54,984 bases of DNA from a virus (IMGVR_UViG_3300030332_001741:1-54984); one strand, 5' to 3'; shown: positions 29,366 through 38,700, counted from the first letter of the stretch. Translations and numbers: made by a program. The notes: a model not told the origin generated them from the sequence alone.

Positions 29366-29760
29366 TACTTAATTGCTTCATCTAAAATAGATTTTATTTT
29401 TTGATTAGACATTTTGTATGTATTTTTCATTTCCATAATAACTTCTACAACAGAATCATCTATATCATCAATGTCCACAGTTCCATTTAAATAATTGTCT
29501 ATATCTTTAAACCAACCATTGCCTTCAAATATTTCTTTTGCAGTATATGCTTCAGGCATAACTCCTGCATCTGCAGTCTCTCTAATATTCAAATCATTAA
29601 GATCTTTTGTAAGATTTTTAACAGAAGGCAAATCGAAAAAATTTCCTGCTGATGGTTGTCCACGATCACCAGGAAGATTCTTCAGAACACCTTCAGTAAC
29701 TTCGTCAATTGGTTTAGAAGGAAGTGCTCCAAGTCCTTTTATTTTTGGAACTTTGGGCAT
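29365..29760 (-). CDS. Paralogue C of tandem family (shorter leader)
   Basis: MPKVPKIKGLGALP...DEVTEGVLKNLP...FFDLP. Confidence 0.7.
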   Translation of the reverse strand: MPKVPKIKGLGALPSKPIDEVTEGVLKNLPGDRGQPSAGNFFDLPSVKNLTKDLNDLNIRETADAGVMPEAYTAKEIFEGNGWFKDIDNYLNGTVDIDDIDDSVVEVIMEMKNTYKMSNQKIKSILDEAIK

Positions 29761-29763
29761 TAC

Positions 29764-30042
29764 TTAATACTCCGTGCTGTGTCCTCCAAGGATCTCGTCC
29801 ATCATATTAGATGCATCTCCTCCTTGAAGTTTGATGACTTTCACTGTTCCTTCTTCTTCTATTCCAGACTCATCTTCAGATTCCATAATTCCTTCTTCTT
29901 GTAAATAAGTCTGATGACAAAGTAATAGAAATTTCGTAAGTTGGTCATCTGTAAGACCGATTTCATCTACACTGAAACCCATCTTCGCTTCAAACATTTC
30001 CTTCATATCAACACCACTTAGATCAATGGTTGCTTCAGCCAT
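29764..30042 (-). CDS. Small acidic protein (92 aa)
   Basis: AGGAG SD; operon-coupled. Confidence 0.6.
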   Translation of the reverse strand: MAEATIDLSGVDMKEMFEAKMGFSVDEIGLTDDQLTKFLLLCHQTYLQEEGIMESEDESGIEEEGTVKVIKLQGGDASNMMDEILGGHSTEY

Positions 30043-30208
30043 CCTTTTTCTCCTTCATAAAAAAGCCAAGAACACCTGCAGCACCACAGCATATCATAAC
30101 AACATTTTGCCATAGATCATTAGGAATGATAACACCAACCATAGCCAAGACACCTGTCAAAGCTGCATAGGATGATGGTTCTTTAAAACGATTAATTAAT
30201 TCAGTCAT
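30035..30208 (-). CDS. Two-TM holin-like protein (57 aa)
   Basis: Hand translation MTELINRFKEPSSYAALTGVLAMVGVIIPNDLWQNVVMICCGAAGVLGFFMKEKKDG*; GGAGG SD. Confidence 0.6.
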   Translation of the reverse strand: MTELINRFKEPSSYAALTGVLAMVGVIIPNDLWQNVVMICCGAAGVLGFFMKEKKDG

Positions 30209-30209
30209 T

Positions 30210-30803
30210 TTATGGTCCTCCTTGTAATTTTCGTCCTAGATTAAATAATAGGTGTTCTGGTGTGGAACCCAAAGCATTTATTCCGCCACCAGCTGCATCC
30301 AGAGCATCTTGCATATATGCTTTGAATTCCATGTCTGAAGTGGAGCCAGAGCCTATTGGTCGTGTTGTTGGGGCGAGTCGATGTGACAGTGCTTGTAATT
30401 CTTCAAGAGTCAGCATGTCTGCTTCAGATTCGTCTACCATTCCCAACTCTATAGCCAATCTCTTCAGATCTGCACCAAAATCTGGTCCACGATCTATGAG
30501 ATCTTTCTGGTATTGTTTGAATTCCATCTCTGTTGCAGCACTAGATTGTAAATCAGTTGGTGGAAAATCTTCTCTTCTAGTTCCATAATGTTTTGTAACA
30601 TCTGTTATAGATCCAGTAGGAAGATTCTTTCTTCCTGTTGCTTGCCCATAAGTTGGATCTACTGCTCTTCCTGCAGTTGCAGCACCAGATTGCATTTCTG
30701 TTAAAACTTCACGAGGATCTCTGCCTTGTGATGCTGCATCGGTAAATGCGGATAATGCTTTCATGTATCTATCTTGGAATACATTTCCATAATCAGTAGC
30801 CAT
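30210..30803 (-). CDS. Hypothetical protein downstream of portal carrying GSGSTSDMEFKAYM
   Basis: AGGAG SD; motif shared with 3235..4938. Confidence 0.65.
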   Translation of the reverse strand: MATDYGNVFQDRYMKALSAFTDAASQGRDPREVLTEMQSGAATAGRAVDPTYGQATGRKNLPTGSITDVTKHYGTRREDFPPTDLQSSAATEMEFKQYQKDLIDRGPDFGADLKRLAIELGMVDESEADMLTLEELQALSHRLAPTTRPIGSGSTSDMEFKAYMQDALDAAGGGINALGSTPEHLLFNLGRKLQGGP

Positions 30804-33228
30804 CTTTTCTCTCCTTTATTGCTATGTCGGTTTGTGCTTTACGATTTGCGATTTCTATATCAGCTTGAAGTTTTGCAAGTTTCGCTTGTAAATCAGCTTG
30901 AACTTTCGCCATATCTTTCTGTATATCAATCTTTGCTTTTGCTTGGTCTATCTCAATATCAGATTTCGCTTTTGCTTGGTCTGCTTGGATTTCTGCTTGT
31001 GTTCTTGCTTTGATTGCTTCTGCTTCAATCTTCGCAAGTTGTTGTGCCATGTTCATTGGGTTGGCTGCTCCGAGCTTATCCATTCCTGGAATTGGCTCCA
31101 TCTTCGGAGACTTCTGAACCACTTGTGCTGCTCGTTGTGCAATTAAATTATTAAGCTCTGGTGGAATGTCTTTGAATTTAAATCTAGGATCTCTAATATT
31201 CGGCATTGGTGGCAACTCAACACCTGTTGCTGTTTGCATCCTTATTCTATACAACATGGCAATATGTTCACCAATATGTGCAATCATCATAGGACCAAGT
31301 GTCTTCTGTGCCATTGGATTTCCTAATAAACTTGGATCTTGTAAAAACTGCATATGTACAGAAATATGTGCATCATGGTTCTGGTCAATAAATGCTTTGA
31401 TTGGCTTCCCGAGTAATACAGAAACATTTTCATCAACAGGATCCATGTTTGGAGCTTCATCTGGCTTCTTAAGAATTTCATCTATATCAGGAACACGGAT
31501 TGCTTCATACATTCTTTTATATGCTTCATACATATCATGAAGTTGTGGTGCTGATTGGGCAAGTTGTAAGATTGCTTGAGCTTGGGCAATGCGTTGCGTT
31601 GAACTAAAGATGCTTGGATCACTAACAGGAATAACATCAATTCGTTCATTAAAATCTCTTGCATAAATAGTTTGGCTTGAACCTGATAAAGCGAAACTCA
31701 TTTCTTCAGGCATGGTTGCTGCATTGATTTGCATAATTAATTTGAATTCTTGAGATTGTGCATAGTGCAATCTTTTGTGAATAGCTGAGAAGATTTTAGA
31801 TCCTTGCTCTAACATAGCAATGGTTGTTCCCACTGGAGCATTTGGATTTGTTTCGCCAACATTTAAATCTGCGACTGCTGCATATCTTCTTCCTGCATCA
31901 ACAACGAATCCTAAAAGATTGAAAAGAGTTCCTGATGGTTCTTTGAAAGGCAATGGCATGATTGCTTTGCCAATATCATCGACTGCTGCATCAAGGTCAA
32001 CATATTCTCCAGGATTAACATCAAGCTCTCCTCCAGGAACACGACCTTTTAATTTAAAACCACCTTGCATATTCGCAAATGCTGCAGAATCTAAGAGTGC
32101 TCTTAAAGATCCTGTTGCTGCTTTTCCCAGACCACCAATTAAGTGATAAAGACCAAAACCATAGAATCCTAGACCAGGAAGGAATTTATATTCAACAAAC
32201 CAATTAAGTTTCTTTTGGTTTTCATCATCTTCTAACCAGTTCCGTCTAATAGAAACAATTGTTTGGCTTTCAAAATCTATTGTAATCACATAAGGCAAAG
32301 CGACAAAATTTGCATCATCCTTGTCCCCACCATCTATGTTATCCCAGATAACATTTGTGTGCATTTCTAAAAGAGTCATGACTTCATCATTGCCTTCCGA
32401 TTCGTCAGGACTTATGCCTTCAATATCGTAAACAACACTTTCATTTGGATCTCCTGCAGAAGAGAACTTCTCAACAGGAAGATAATAACCAGCCTGCACG
32501 AATTTGTTGTATTCGTTTCTTGGCATTTCTATTACATGGGTATATCTTGGTGAAGTTAAAAGATCGGTGCTTTCAGGAGCCACAACGAAATTTTCTGCTT
32601 TAACAAAGCGACTTGTAATTCTTTTCATGGCTGGGTCAAACCAAACCTTTTTAAAAGTTTGCCCAATCAGAGGAAGATGGAAAAGCATTTGGTCAACATC
32701 TGGGAAGTATTCTGGCATCTCCTCAAGAAGTTGATAATTCATATAATCTTTTACACGGATGGCTTGCTCTCGGACTTGGTCATCAGCTTCACCAATAGAA
32801 ATTGTTTTGACAGGACCACCTGCAGGAAAAAGCTCGGCAATGGCTCTTGCTTGAAATTGCGTTGCTGCTTCAGCAATCATTGGGTGCACCACTTGACTTA
32901 ATCCTCTGGTTGCTCTCTGGTCATCAGAATCCATCATTCCACCATCAGCATCTAAAGTCTTAAGACCATCTTTGTATCTTTCTTCCCAAGTGGAGCGAGC
33001 TTGACGATCTGTTTCATAATAGTCTAAAAGAATTGTTGCCTGCTTATTAATTTCTTTCTGGTCTATAACTTCTGCCAAATTCGAATCAAATTCGGTTGTT
33101 GGCTCTATAATATTTTCTGGTTCACCAATAAGGACTGTGCCATCACCAACATCTTCAACTTCAAGATCGTCTGGTGGTGTTCCTTCAGCGAATGGTATAA
33201 CCTTATCATTTTTCTTTAATTTAGCCAT
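30793..33228 (-). CDS. Portal protein
   Basis: 811 aa after TerL; HPMIAEAATQFQARA..ELFPA.GPVKT, FKKVW.D, PGLGFYGFGL.HLIGGL, PVGTT.A..E, coiled-coil tail. Confidence 0.9.
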   Translation of the reverse strand: MAKLKKNDKVIPFAEGTPPDDLEVEDVGDGTVLIGEPENIIEPTTEFDSNLAEVIDQKEINKQATILLDYYETDRQARSTWEERYKDGLKTLDADGGMMDSDDQRATRGLSQVVHPMIAEAATQFQARAIAELFPAGGPVKTISIGEADDQVREQAIRVKDYMNYQLLEEMPEYFPDVDQMLFHLPLIGQTFKKVWFDPAMKRITSRFVKAENFVVAPESTDLLTSPRYTHVIEMPRNEYNKFVQAGYYLPVEKFSSAGDPNESVVYDIEGISPDESEGNDEVMTLLEMHTNVIWDNIDGGDKDDANFVALPYVITIDFESQTIVSIRRNWLEDDENQKKLNWFVEYKFLPGLGFYGFGLYHLIGGLGKAATGSLRALLDSAAFANMQGGFKLKGRVPGGELDVNPGEYVDLDAAVDDIGKAIMPLPFKEPSGTLFNLLGFVVDAGRRYAAVADLNVGETNPNAPVGTTIAMLEQGSKIFSAIHKRLHYAQSQEFKLIMQINAATMPEEMSFALSGSSQTIYARDFNERIDVIPVSDPSIFSSTQRIAQAQAILQLAQSAPQLHDMYEAYKRMYEAIRVPDIDEILKKPDEAPNMDPVDENVSVLLGKPIKAFIDQNHDAHISVHMQFLQDPSLLGNPMAQKTLGPMMIAHIGEHIAMLYRIRMQTATGVELPPMPNIRDPRFKFKDIPPELNNLIAQRAAQVVQKSPKMEPIPGMDKLGAANPMNMAQQLAKIEAEAIKARTQAEIQADQAKAKSDIEIDQAKAKIDIQKDMAKVQADLQAKLAKLQADIEIANRKAQTDIAIKERKDGY

Positions 33229-33234
33229 GCGTCT

Positions 33235-34740
33235 CTATCCATATATCGGCATTCTTGGTTCTGGTTGAATGTCATCATCTTCAAGATCCTCCGAGTGTGA
33301 AATAAACCATTGCTTTCTTAATCGCAGCCATGCTTGCGTACATGTATCTACTATATCGTCATTATCTCCTGCTGGAAAGGCAGAACATATATTAATTAAA
33401 TCTTTCGCCCATTTCTTGTTGGCAGGATACCAGATCCGACCATCTTCTAAAAGAGCAGAAGCAGCATGTGCTCTTGCTTCTTTGTCTCTGTCTGGAGAGT
33501 AAGCAAGCACAGGAACACCAGCCATTCGTAAGTCTTGCAGAAGAGATTGGCCAGATGCCTTCTTTTCTATCAAAACTGCGTCTGGTTCATAGACATTATA
33601 AGCATCTTGTGCTTCTCTTCTCAGGACAGGATAACTGACTCTATCATACCAGCAATCAAGAACCAAGGCATTCCATTGGTTGTTCTTTTGAAAAACTCCC
33701 CAAGTCGTTCTGGCAGAATAACTGCTCTTCTCTTTGGTTGAATAGGCAGTGTCCCAAGATTGTATAACATACTCAATCTCTGGCAACTCTTCCTTGTCCC
33801 ATGGTCGCCACCAAGCTTCTCGTAAGATTGCACCACCTTTGGGCATTGGTCTCTGCTGCAATTGTCCTGCTGCTGCATAACTGCCCAATGAAACTTCCAA
33901 ACTGCTCAAAGTCTTCTCATCAATTCTGTTTGGCCAAAGCAATTCACCTTCTTCTTTCCTTGGATCCTCGAACCCAATTGAAGAGATAGACATAGATGGA
34001 TGTTCTGTATCAAACCTTGCAGGAAGACATAAGTGATCCCAGTCATCGCTGTTATTAAGTATGTGTCCTGTTAAATCATTCTCATGCACTCTTTGCATAA
34101 TGATAATAAAAGCACCAGTCTTTGGATCATTAAGTCTGGTTTGCATAGCTTGGTCCCACCATTCAAGAACACTTTCCCTAACAGCAGAACTCTCTGCTTC
34201 CCGAACATTGTGAGGATCATCAATCACGATAATGTCGCCACCTTCACCAGTCAATGCTCCATCTACAGAGGTTGCTATTCGCATCCCTGTTTGGTCATTC
34301 TCAAACCTTTGTTTTTGGTTCTGGTCAGAAGTTAGTTTAAACTTGCCACCAAAATGCTCCTGATACCAACGACTGTCTATTAATCTTCTGCATTTAACAG
34401 AATCTCTAATAGAAAGAGAGCCAGCATAAGATGCAAATAAGAATCTCTTCCCAGGATCATTGGTCCATGCCCAAGCAGGAAGTGCAACTGCTGCTGTAAT
34501 TGACTTCATGTGTCTGGGTGGGATGTTAATTATTAATCTTTTGATATCTCCATTAACAACTGCTTGAAGATGCTCGCAAACTGCATCTATGTGCCAATTG
34601 TCATGGAAATCTCTTCCAGGTTCAATCGTTTCCCAAGAGCTCTTTATAAACTCCTTCAGATTCCGTCTGCTCTTTTCTGCTCGGATCTCGTTCAATGACA
34701 GCTCGTTCAAGAGCTCGTTCAATGGTGGTGAGGTCATCAT
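33235..34740 (-). CDS. terL: Terminase large subunit
   Basis: NIPPRHMKS Walker A, IIVIDDPH Walker B, QSWDTA and DDIVD RNase H-like nuclease motifs. Confidence 0.95.
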   Translation of the reverse strand: MMTSPPLNELLNELSLNEIRAEKSRRNLKEFIKSSWETIEPGRDFHDNWHIDAVCEHLQAVVNGDIKRLIINIPPRHMKSITAAVALPAWAWTNDPGKRFLFASYAGSLSIRDSVKCRRLIDSRWYQEHFGGKFKLTSDQNQKQRFENDQTGMRIATSVDGALTGEGGDIIVIDDPHNVREAESSAVRESVLEWWDQAMQTRLNDPKTGAFIIIMQRVHENDLTGHILNNSDDWDHLCLPARFDTEHPSMSISSIGFEDPRKEEGELLWPNRIDEKTLSSLEVSLGSYAAAGQLQQRPMPKGGAILREAWWRPWDKEELPEIEYVIQSWDTAYSTKEKSSYSARTTWGVFQKNNQWNALVLDCWYDRVSYPVLRREAQDAYNVYEPDAVLIEKKASGQSLLQDLRMAGVPVLAYSPDRDKEARAHAASALLEDGRIWYPANKKWAKDLINICSAFPAGDNDDIVDTCTQAWLRLRKQWFISHSEDLEDDDIQPEPRMPIYG

Positions 34741-35224
34741 TACTTATCCTTGTTATGTCTAATACTTTCTTTTCTTCAACTGTTGTGTTCACTTCAATAG
34801 CTTTCAAGTCAGGAACACACTTACCAAGAAGTGTCTTTGCAGCCATGACTCTTAATTCAGGATCTGCGGAGACTTTGCCAAGAGTTGCAACTTTGCCATC
34901 AGCCGTTCTCGTATAAACAGGAAAGATCTCTCTCCCAGCCATTACAGAAGCAAGAAAACCTGCAGGATCTGCTTGACCCATTATCCAATGAATAAGAGCT
35001 TTATGGTTCCATTTGTATCTTCCCTTTCTGGGAGGTTGTTCTGATCCTAATGGCTCAACCGATTTAAACTGGCCATTAAACTTCTGCTTTGGACCATGGT
35101 TAATTGGTCTTTGCACCTGTATAATCTCTTCAGGAGTCTTTCTAGGTCTTCCTCTTTTTCTTTTCTTTTTTTCTTCCATCTCTTTTTGTTCCTCAAAAGA
35201 GTGATTTCCATTTGCTCTTAACAT
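34622..35224 (-). CDS. Terminase small subunit (probable)
   Basis: Upstream of and overlapping terL; KRGRPRK AT-hook; R..AAKTLL.K..PDLKAIE pattern. Confidence 0.65.
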   Translation of the reverse strand: MLRANGNHSFEEQKEMEEKKKRKRGRPRKTPEEIIQVQRPINHGPKQKFNGQFKSVEPLGSEQPPRKGRYKWNHKALIHWIMGQADPAGFLASVMAGREIFPVYTRTADGKVATLGKVSADPELRVMAAKTLLGKCVPDLKAIEVNTTVEEKKVLDITRISNDDLTTIERALERAVIERDPSRKEQTESEGVYKELLGND

Positions 35225-35310
35225 AATAACTTATTTACTAAATTAAAAGAGAAATTTAGAATTAAAAGAGGAGAAAGACATGGAATATCAGGGAAATAAG
35301 CCAAATTTAG

Positions 35311-35348
35311 ATTATACATTTTATAAGAGAGTAAGTGAAGAGAGTAAA
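35311..35348 (-). promoter_or_regulatory. Overlapping promoters for the morphogenesis operon
   Basis: TTTACT-N17-TATAAA and TTCACT-N17-TATAAT, both read on the minus strand. Confidence 0.55.
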
Positions 35349-35443
35349 AAGGGGAGGGGGAAACTCTCTTCACCAGTTAGGAAGATTTTATATAAATCTA
35401 TTAATAACCATAAACCAGAATTCTTTAAATTAAAACATAAAAA

Positions 35444-35836
35444 TTAGAAATTGTAATCATGGAATTTTTTAGGTTTCCAGCTGAGTCTAAATTTCTTTCC
35501 ATCAAGATCCCTCCACCATCCATCCTTATGCAATCTAATTGCAAATATAGGAAAGCTTTTCAAACTTTTATAGAACCATTTTTGGTCTTGCTGATTGCTA
35601 CAATGAGCAGAAAAACCTCCAGGATGGAATTTAGGTTTCCAGCTAGGATCTTTCTCTGCATCCATGGCTCTTATTTCTATTTTTTTCGCTGTTTTAATAT
35701 TGACAACTTCATGAGGTTGAACATCACTGTAGCCATACTGATTGGCATAGATTTTTTTGCCAAGAACTTTATCTTTTGGATCTGCTAGTTCAACCTCAAT
35801 TATAACTTCTTCACATATGTCCCAATTAGCATTCAT
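35444..35836 (-). CDS. Hypothetical early protein (130 aa)
   Basis: YSDVQP.EV, PGGFSAHC..Q..Q.W, KFHDYNF C-terminus. Confidence 0.65.
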   Translation of the reverse strand: MNANWDICEEVIIEVELADPKDKVLGKKIYANQYGYSDVQPHEVVNIKTAKKIEIRAMDAEKDPSWKPKFHPGGFSAHCSNQQDQKWFYKSLKSFPIFAIRLHKDGWWRDLDGKKFRLSWKPKKFHDYNF

Positions 35837-36138
35837 TTTTGCCTCCCAAGAATTTTAATTGCATAGTTTGCAGTTATTTTGGTGTTTTTAGCAATGAATT
35901 GTGGGGAAAGTTTTGCACGAACTTTTTTCATGTTCAGAATTTTTCTTTCCACCCAAGACACATGAAGTGTATGCTTATCAACTTTATATTCCATGATGCC
36001 TAAAGTTTCAGCACGACGAATTAAAGTTTCTTTCAGACCATCCTTCTTTTCTTGAAGTTTTTTGATCTGAGTTTCAATATCAATATACTGAGTAGCTACA
36101 AGCTCATCAGCATTGATTTGGTCAAGTGTTTTTAACAT
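35833..36138 (-). CDS. Hypothetical early protein, coiled-coil N-terminus
   Basis: GAAAGGA SD before MLKTLDQ. Confidence 0.65.
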   Translation of the reverse strand: MLKTLDQINADELVATQYIDIETQIKKLQEKKDGLKETLIRRAETLGIMEYKVDKHTLHVSWVERKILNMKKVRAKLSPQFIAKNTKITANYAIKILGRQK

Positions 36139-36160
36139 AATATTTTCCTTTCTCAATATA

Positions 36161-36436
36161 TTATTTAATCATTTTTATGGTAAAGTTGTCAGATGTATAA
36201 CTTAAATCATCATCATGATCGCCTGTTGCCATATCATCTAATAGTTCACCCAAAGTATCATAAACATCGCTGCCATGAATAGCTTCATAACTTTCAGCTG
36301 GTGTTCCAAACATATCACTATGTTCTTTTTTTAGAGTTTCTCTGGTGTGAATTTCAACAGTGTCTCCGTAATTCCAAGAACACAAATATAAGTTTTCTTT
36401 TGTATTTAGGTCGTCAATGTTAAATGAATGTTTCAT
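36161..36436 (-). CDS. Acidic early protein (91 aa)
   Basis: First gene after the leftward promoter; GAAAGGA SD. Confidence 0.65.
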   Translation of the reverse strand: MKHSFNIDDLNTKENLYLCSWNYGDTVEIHTRETLKKEHSDMFGTPAESYEAIHGSDVYDTLGELLDDMATGDHDDDLSYTSDNFTIKMIK

Positions 36437-36465
36437 TTTATTTTCCTTTCTCAGTTTATATAAGT

Positions 36466-36494
36466 ATTATATCTCGTCTATAAACAGAAGTAAA
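36466..36494 (-). promoter_or_regulatory. Leftward early promoter TTTACT-N17-TATAAT
   Basis: Exact 17-bp spacer; downstream AGATATAATACTTATAT...GAGAAAGGAAA is nearly identical to the 50523 promoter. Confidence 0.75.
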
Positions 36495-36660
36495 CAAAAA
36501 AGTTACCAAACTTATAAAAAAGTTACCACAGTTTTCTGAGTCCAGAAACCAACCCAGTTCCTTGGCTCATAATCATTTGAACAAGACCGAAACCATCGTT
36601 ACCACGAAACCGCAGTTTTAGAAAAAAGTTTTTGGTTGTCTAAATTCTCCCTATATATAT
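36495..36660. other. Candidate replication origin / divergent control region
   Basis: GTTACCA x3 (36502, 36522, 36598) and GAAACC x3 (36545, 36589, 36606), then an AT-rich tract, between divergent promoters. Confidence 0.45.
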
Positions 36661-36666
36661 AATTAA

Positions 36667-36697
36667 TTTACTTTTTTTGGAAAAAGGACTATATATT
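36667..36697 (+). promoter_or_regulatory. Rightward promoter TTTACT-N17-TATATA
   Basis: Same -35; followed by GAGAAAGGAAA SD. Confidence 0.55.
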
Positions 36698-36722
36698 AAT
36701 AATAGTGAGAAAGGAAATTAGT

Positions 36723-36899
36723 ATGGTCACCAGTTATTCTTCTACTTCTTCAGGAACATCTACAGCTAGTTCCCGTGAGGATTACATACATACAGCTATC
36801 ACTTGTCCAACCTGCCTTGTTACAGAAATTGTGCCATGGACAGATTGGGAAAAGATTTATTGTAGCAAGTGCAATACAACTATGGTAAGGAATAAATAA
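36723..36899 (+). CDS. Small zinc-ribbon protein
   Basis: CPTC...CSKC; ATG after GAAAGGA SD. Confidence 0.6.
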   Translation: MVTSYSSTSSGTSTASSREDYIHTAITCPTCLVTEIVPWTDWEKIYCSKCNTTMVRNK

Positions 36900-37282
36900 T
36901 GCCGAATGTATATATAGTCCAGAGACCAAAGATGAATAAGTTTGGATGGGTGCCAGACTTAACAGATGCATCTCGCTATGGAGCAATGAAAATAGTTTTT
37001 GAAGATAATGATAATCCTCAATTTCTTCCAGACCCAATGTTACAGAAGGCAAGAAGGATTATGAAGAGCTTCAGTCAAGAGGATTATATTCTCTGGGCAG
37101 GAGGTGGAGATCCAGTTGCTGTGATGATTGTTACAGCCATCGCTAGTGAAGTGTCTCCCAGAATTAATGTTCTCAGGTGGGAACGAAACATCGAGCAAGG
37201 AGAAAGGGATCGCCGAGCAGGTTGGTATATGCCTTTGACCTTGGAATTCAGAAAGGAAAGTCATGGAAATAAATCCGCTTGA
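36899..37282 (+). CDS. Conserved hypothetical replication-module protein
   Basis: VYIVQ...DL..A..YG...DYIL..GDP...LRW pattern; TAATG coupling. Confidence 0.65.
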   Translation: MPNVYIVQRPKMNKFGWVPDLTDASRYGAMKIVFEDNDNPQFLPDPMLQKARRIMKSFSQEDYILWAGGGDPVAVMIVTAIASEVSPRINVLRWERNIEQGERDRRAGWYMPLTLEFRKESHGNKSA

Positions 37283-37850
37283 AGATGTGGCACCTACATC
37301 AAATGAATTAGGTGCAGTGAGTGGGTTGGCTGAAAGACAAAGAAATCTAGAAGATGAGATTGCAAGTCTAGAAGCTTTACTCAAGCAAGCGAAAAAGAAT
37401 CTCAGAATAGTCTCTGAGCAAGATCTCCCTCTACTTATGCAGAGTTTAAATATAAAGGAGTTCAAGCTCAATGACGGCACTCGTGTATCAGTGAATGAGA
37501 TTGTTTCTGGTTCTATTCCTTCGCAAGGAGCAATAGACAAATCAAAAGGAGATATCAGAGACGAACTCAAACTTCGCCAGCAACGATGCTTCGAATATTT
37601 GCGTAAGAATAAAGCAGATGCATTAATTCGAAATGTTGTTGAGGTTCAGTTTCAATCAGGAGAGGACAAACACTGTGATGCTTTTGTAAAAGAGCTCGCA
37701 GAGAAAGATCATCTCTATTCATTAAAAGCTGGAGTTCATCCACAAAGTTTAAATGCGTGGCTTAAAGAACAACTTGTCGGTGGCAAGAATGTTCCTTATG
37801 AAGACTTCAGATTATTCACTGGCCATCGTGCCAAAATTGAGAGGAAGTAA
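37263..37850 (+). CDS. Conserved hypothetical protein upstream of SSB
   Basis: Coiled coil then LP.LM....EFKL.DG, VHPQSL.AW.KEQ...G. Confidence 0.65.
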   Translation: MEINPLEDVAPTSNELGAVSGLAERQRNLEDEIASLEALLKQAKKNLRIVSEQDLPLLMQSLNIKEFKLNDGTRVSVNEIVSGSIPSQGAIDKSKGDIRDELKLRQQRCFEYLRKNKADALIRNVVEVQFQSGEDKHCDAFVKELAEKDHLYSLKAGVHPQSLNAWLKEQLVGGKNVPYEDFRLFTGHRAKIERK

Positions 37851-37851
37851 A

Positions 37852-38658
37852 ATGACTAATGGAATAACAAAAAAGAAAGAACATGCAATAGAAAAATTTG
37901 ATCCAGCGATCCTAGTTGAAGATGCAGGTGCAGGTCAAGAATCTATGGAGCGTGAAGACTATATGATACCACGACTACAAATCTTACAATCTCTATCCCC
38001 ACAAGTTAATAAGAGGGATGGTGCTCATATTGAAGGTGCAGAAGCAGGTTTCATATTAAATACAGTGACTAGAGAAGCACATGATGGGGAAACAGGCATT
38101 ATTGTTGTTCCTGTTAACTATCGTCGTGCCTACATAGAATGGAAACCTAGAGGTTCTGGTGGTGGTTTAATTAGAGACCATGGAGCTGATAGTGCTATCC
38201 TACAAGGATGCACTCGTGATGAAGAAACATTTCGTGATTTAACAAAAGAGGGAAATGAAATTGTAACCACTGCAGAATATTTCTGTTATGTTGTAGATGT
38301 AAAGACAGGAACATTCAATCAAGCATTAATCGCAATGACTTCTTCACAGCTCAAAAAAGCTCGTCGTTGGAATTCTATGATCGCACAGCTTCAAATTCCA
38401 AATCCAAATGGTGGATTATTCAATCCTGCGTGCTTTTGGAATGCATATAAGTTGACAACTGTTCCTGAAGAAAATGATAAGGGGAGTTGGTTCGGCTGGC
38501 AAGTCGACCAAATGTTTGATGCTGACTCAGGAGGAATAATAAAAAATATTCCTAATGGGCAAGACATTTATTTAGCAGCAAGGTCTTTTAGAGACCAAAT
38601 CAAACAAGGAAGTGTGAATGTTTCTCCAGACGCACAAAGAGAAACACCAGACTTTTAA
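37852..38658 (+). CDS. ssDNA-binding / annealing protein (probable)
   Basis: IPRLQILQ.LSPQV, YIEW.PR..GGG, M.SSQLKK.RRWNS, N.KGSWFGW, C-terminal PDF; precedes primase. Confidence 0.6.
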   Translation: MTNGITKKKEHAIEKFDPAILVEDAGAGQESMEREDYMIPRLQILQSLSPQVNKRDGAHIEGAEAGFILNTVTREAHDGETGIIVVPVNYRRAYIEWKPRGSGGGLIRDHGADSAILQGCTRDEETFRDLTKEGNEIVTTAEYFCYVVDVKTGTFNQALIAMTSSQLKKARRWNSMIAQLQIPNPNGGLFNPACFWNAYKLTTVPEENDKGSWFGWQVDQMFDADSGGIIKNIPNGQDIYLAARSFRDQIKQGSVNVSPDAQRETPDF

Positions 38659-38660
38659 TA

Positions 38661-38700
38661 TATAGGTGGGCAGAGCTGGCACAGAGTTCTGTCCACTATA
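38661..38700 (+). terminator. Stem-loop between SSB and primase genes
   Basis: GTGGGCAGAGCT-7nt-AGTTCTGTCCAC (with G-U pairs), extendable by TATAG/CTATA; no strong U tract. Confidence 0.5.

Noticed and set aside
1060-35204. Many plus-strand ORFs opposite the structural genes (and minus-strand ORFs opposite the replication arm)
   Set aside because: They are antisense shadows of long coding frames, with no SD or recognisable motifs.
35351-35374. GGGGAGGGGG-AAA-CTCTCTTC hairpin as terminator of the leftward early genes
   Set aside because: The stem relies on G-U pairs on the plus strand and is mismatched on the transcribed minus strand.
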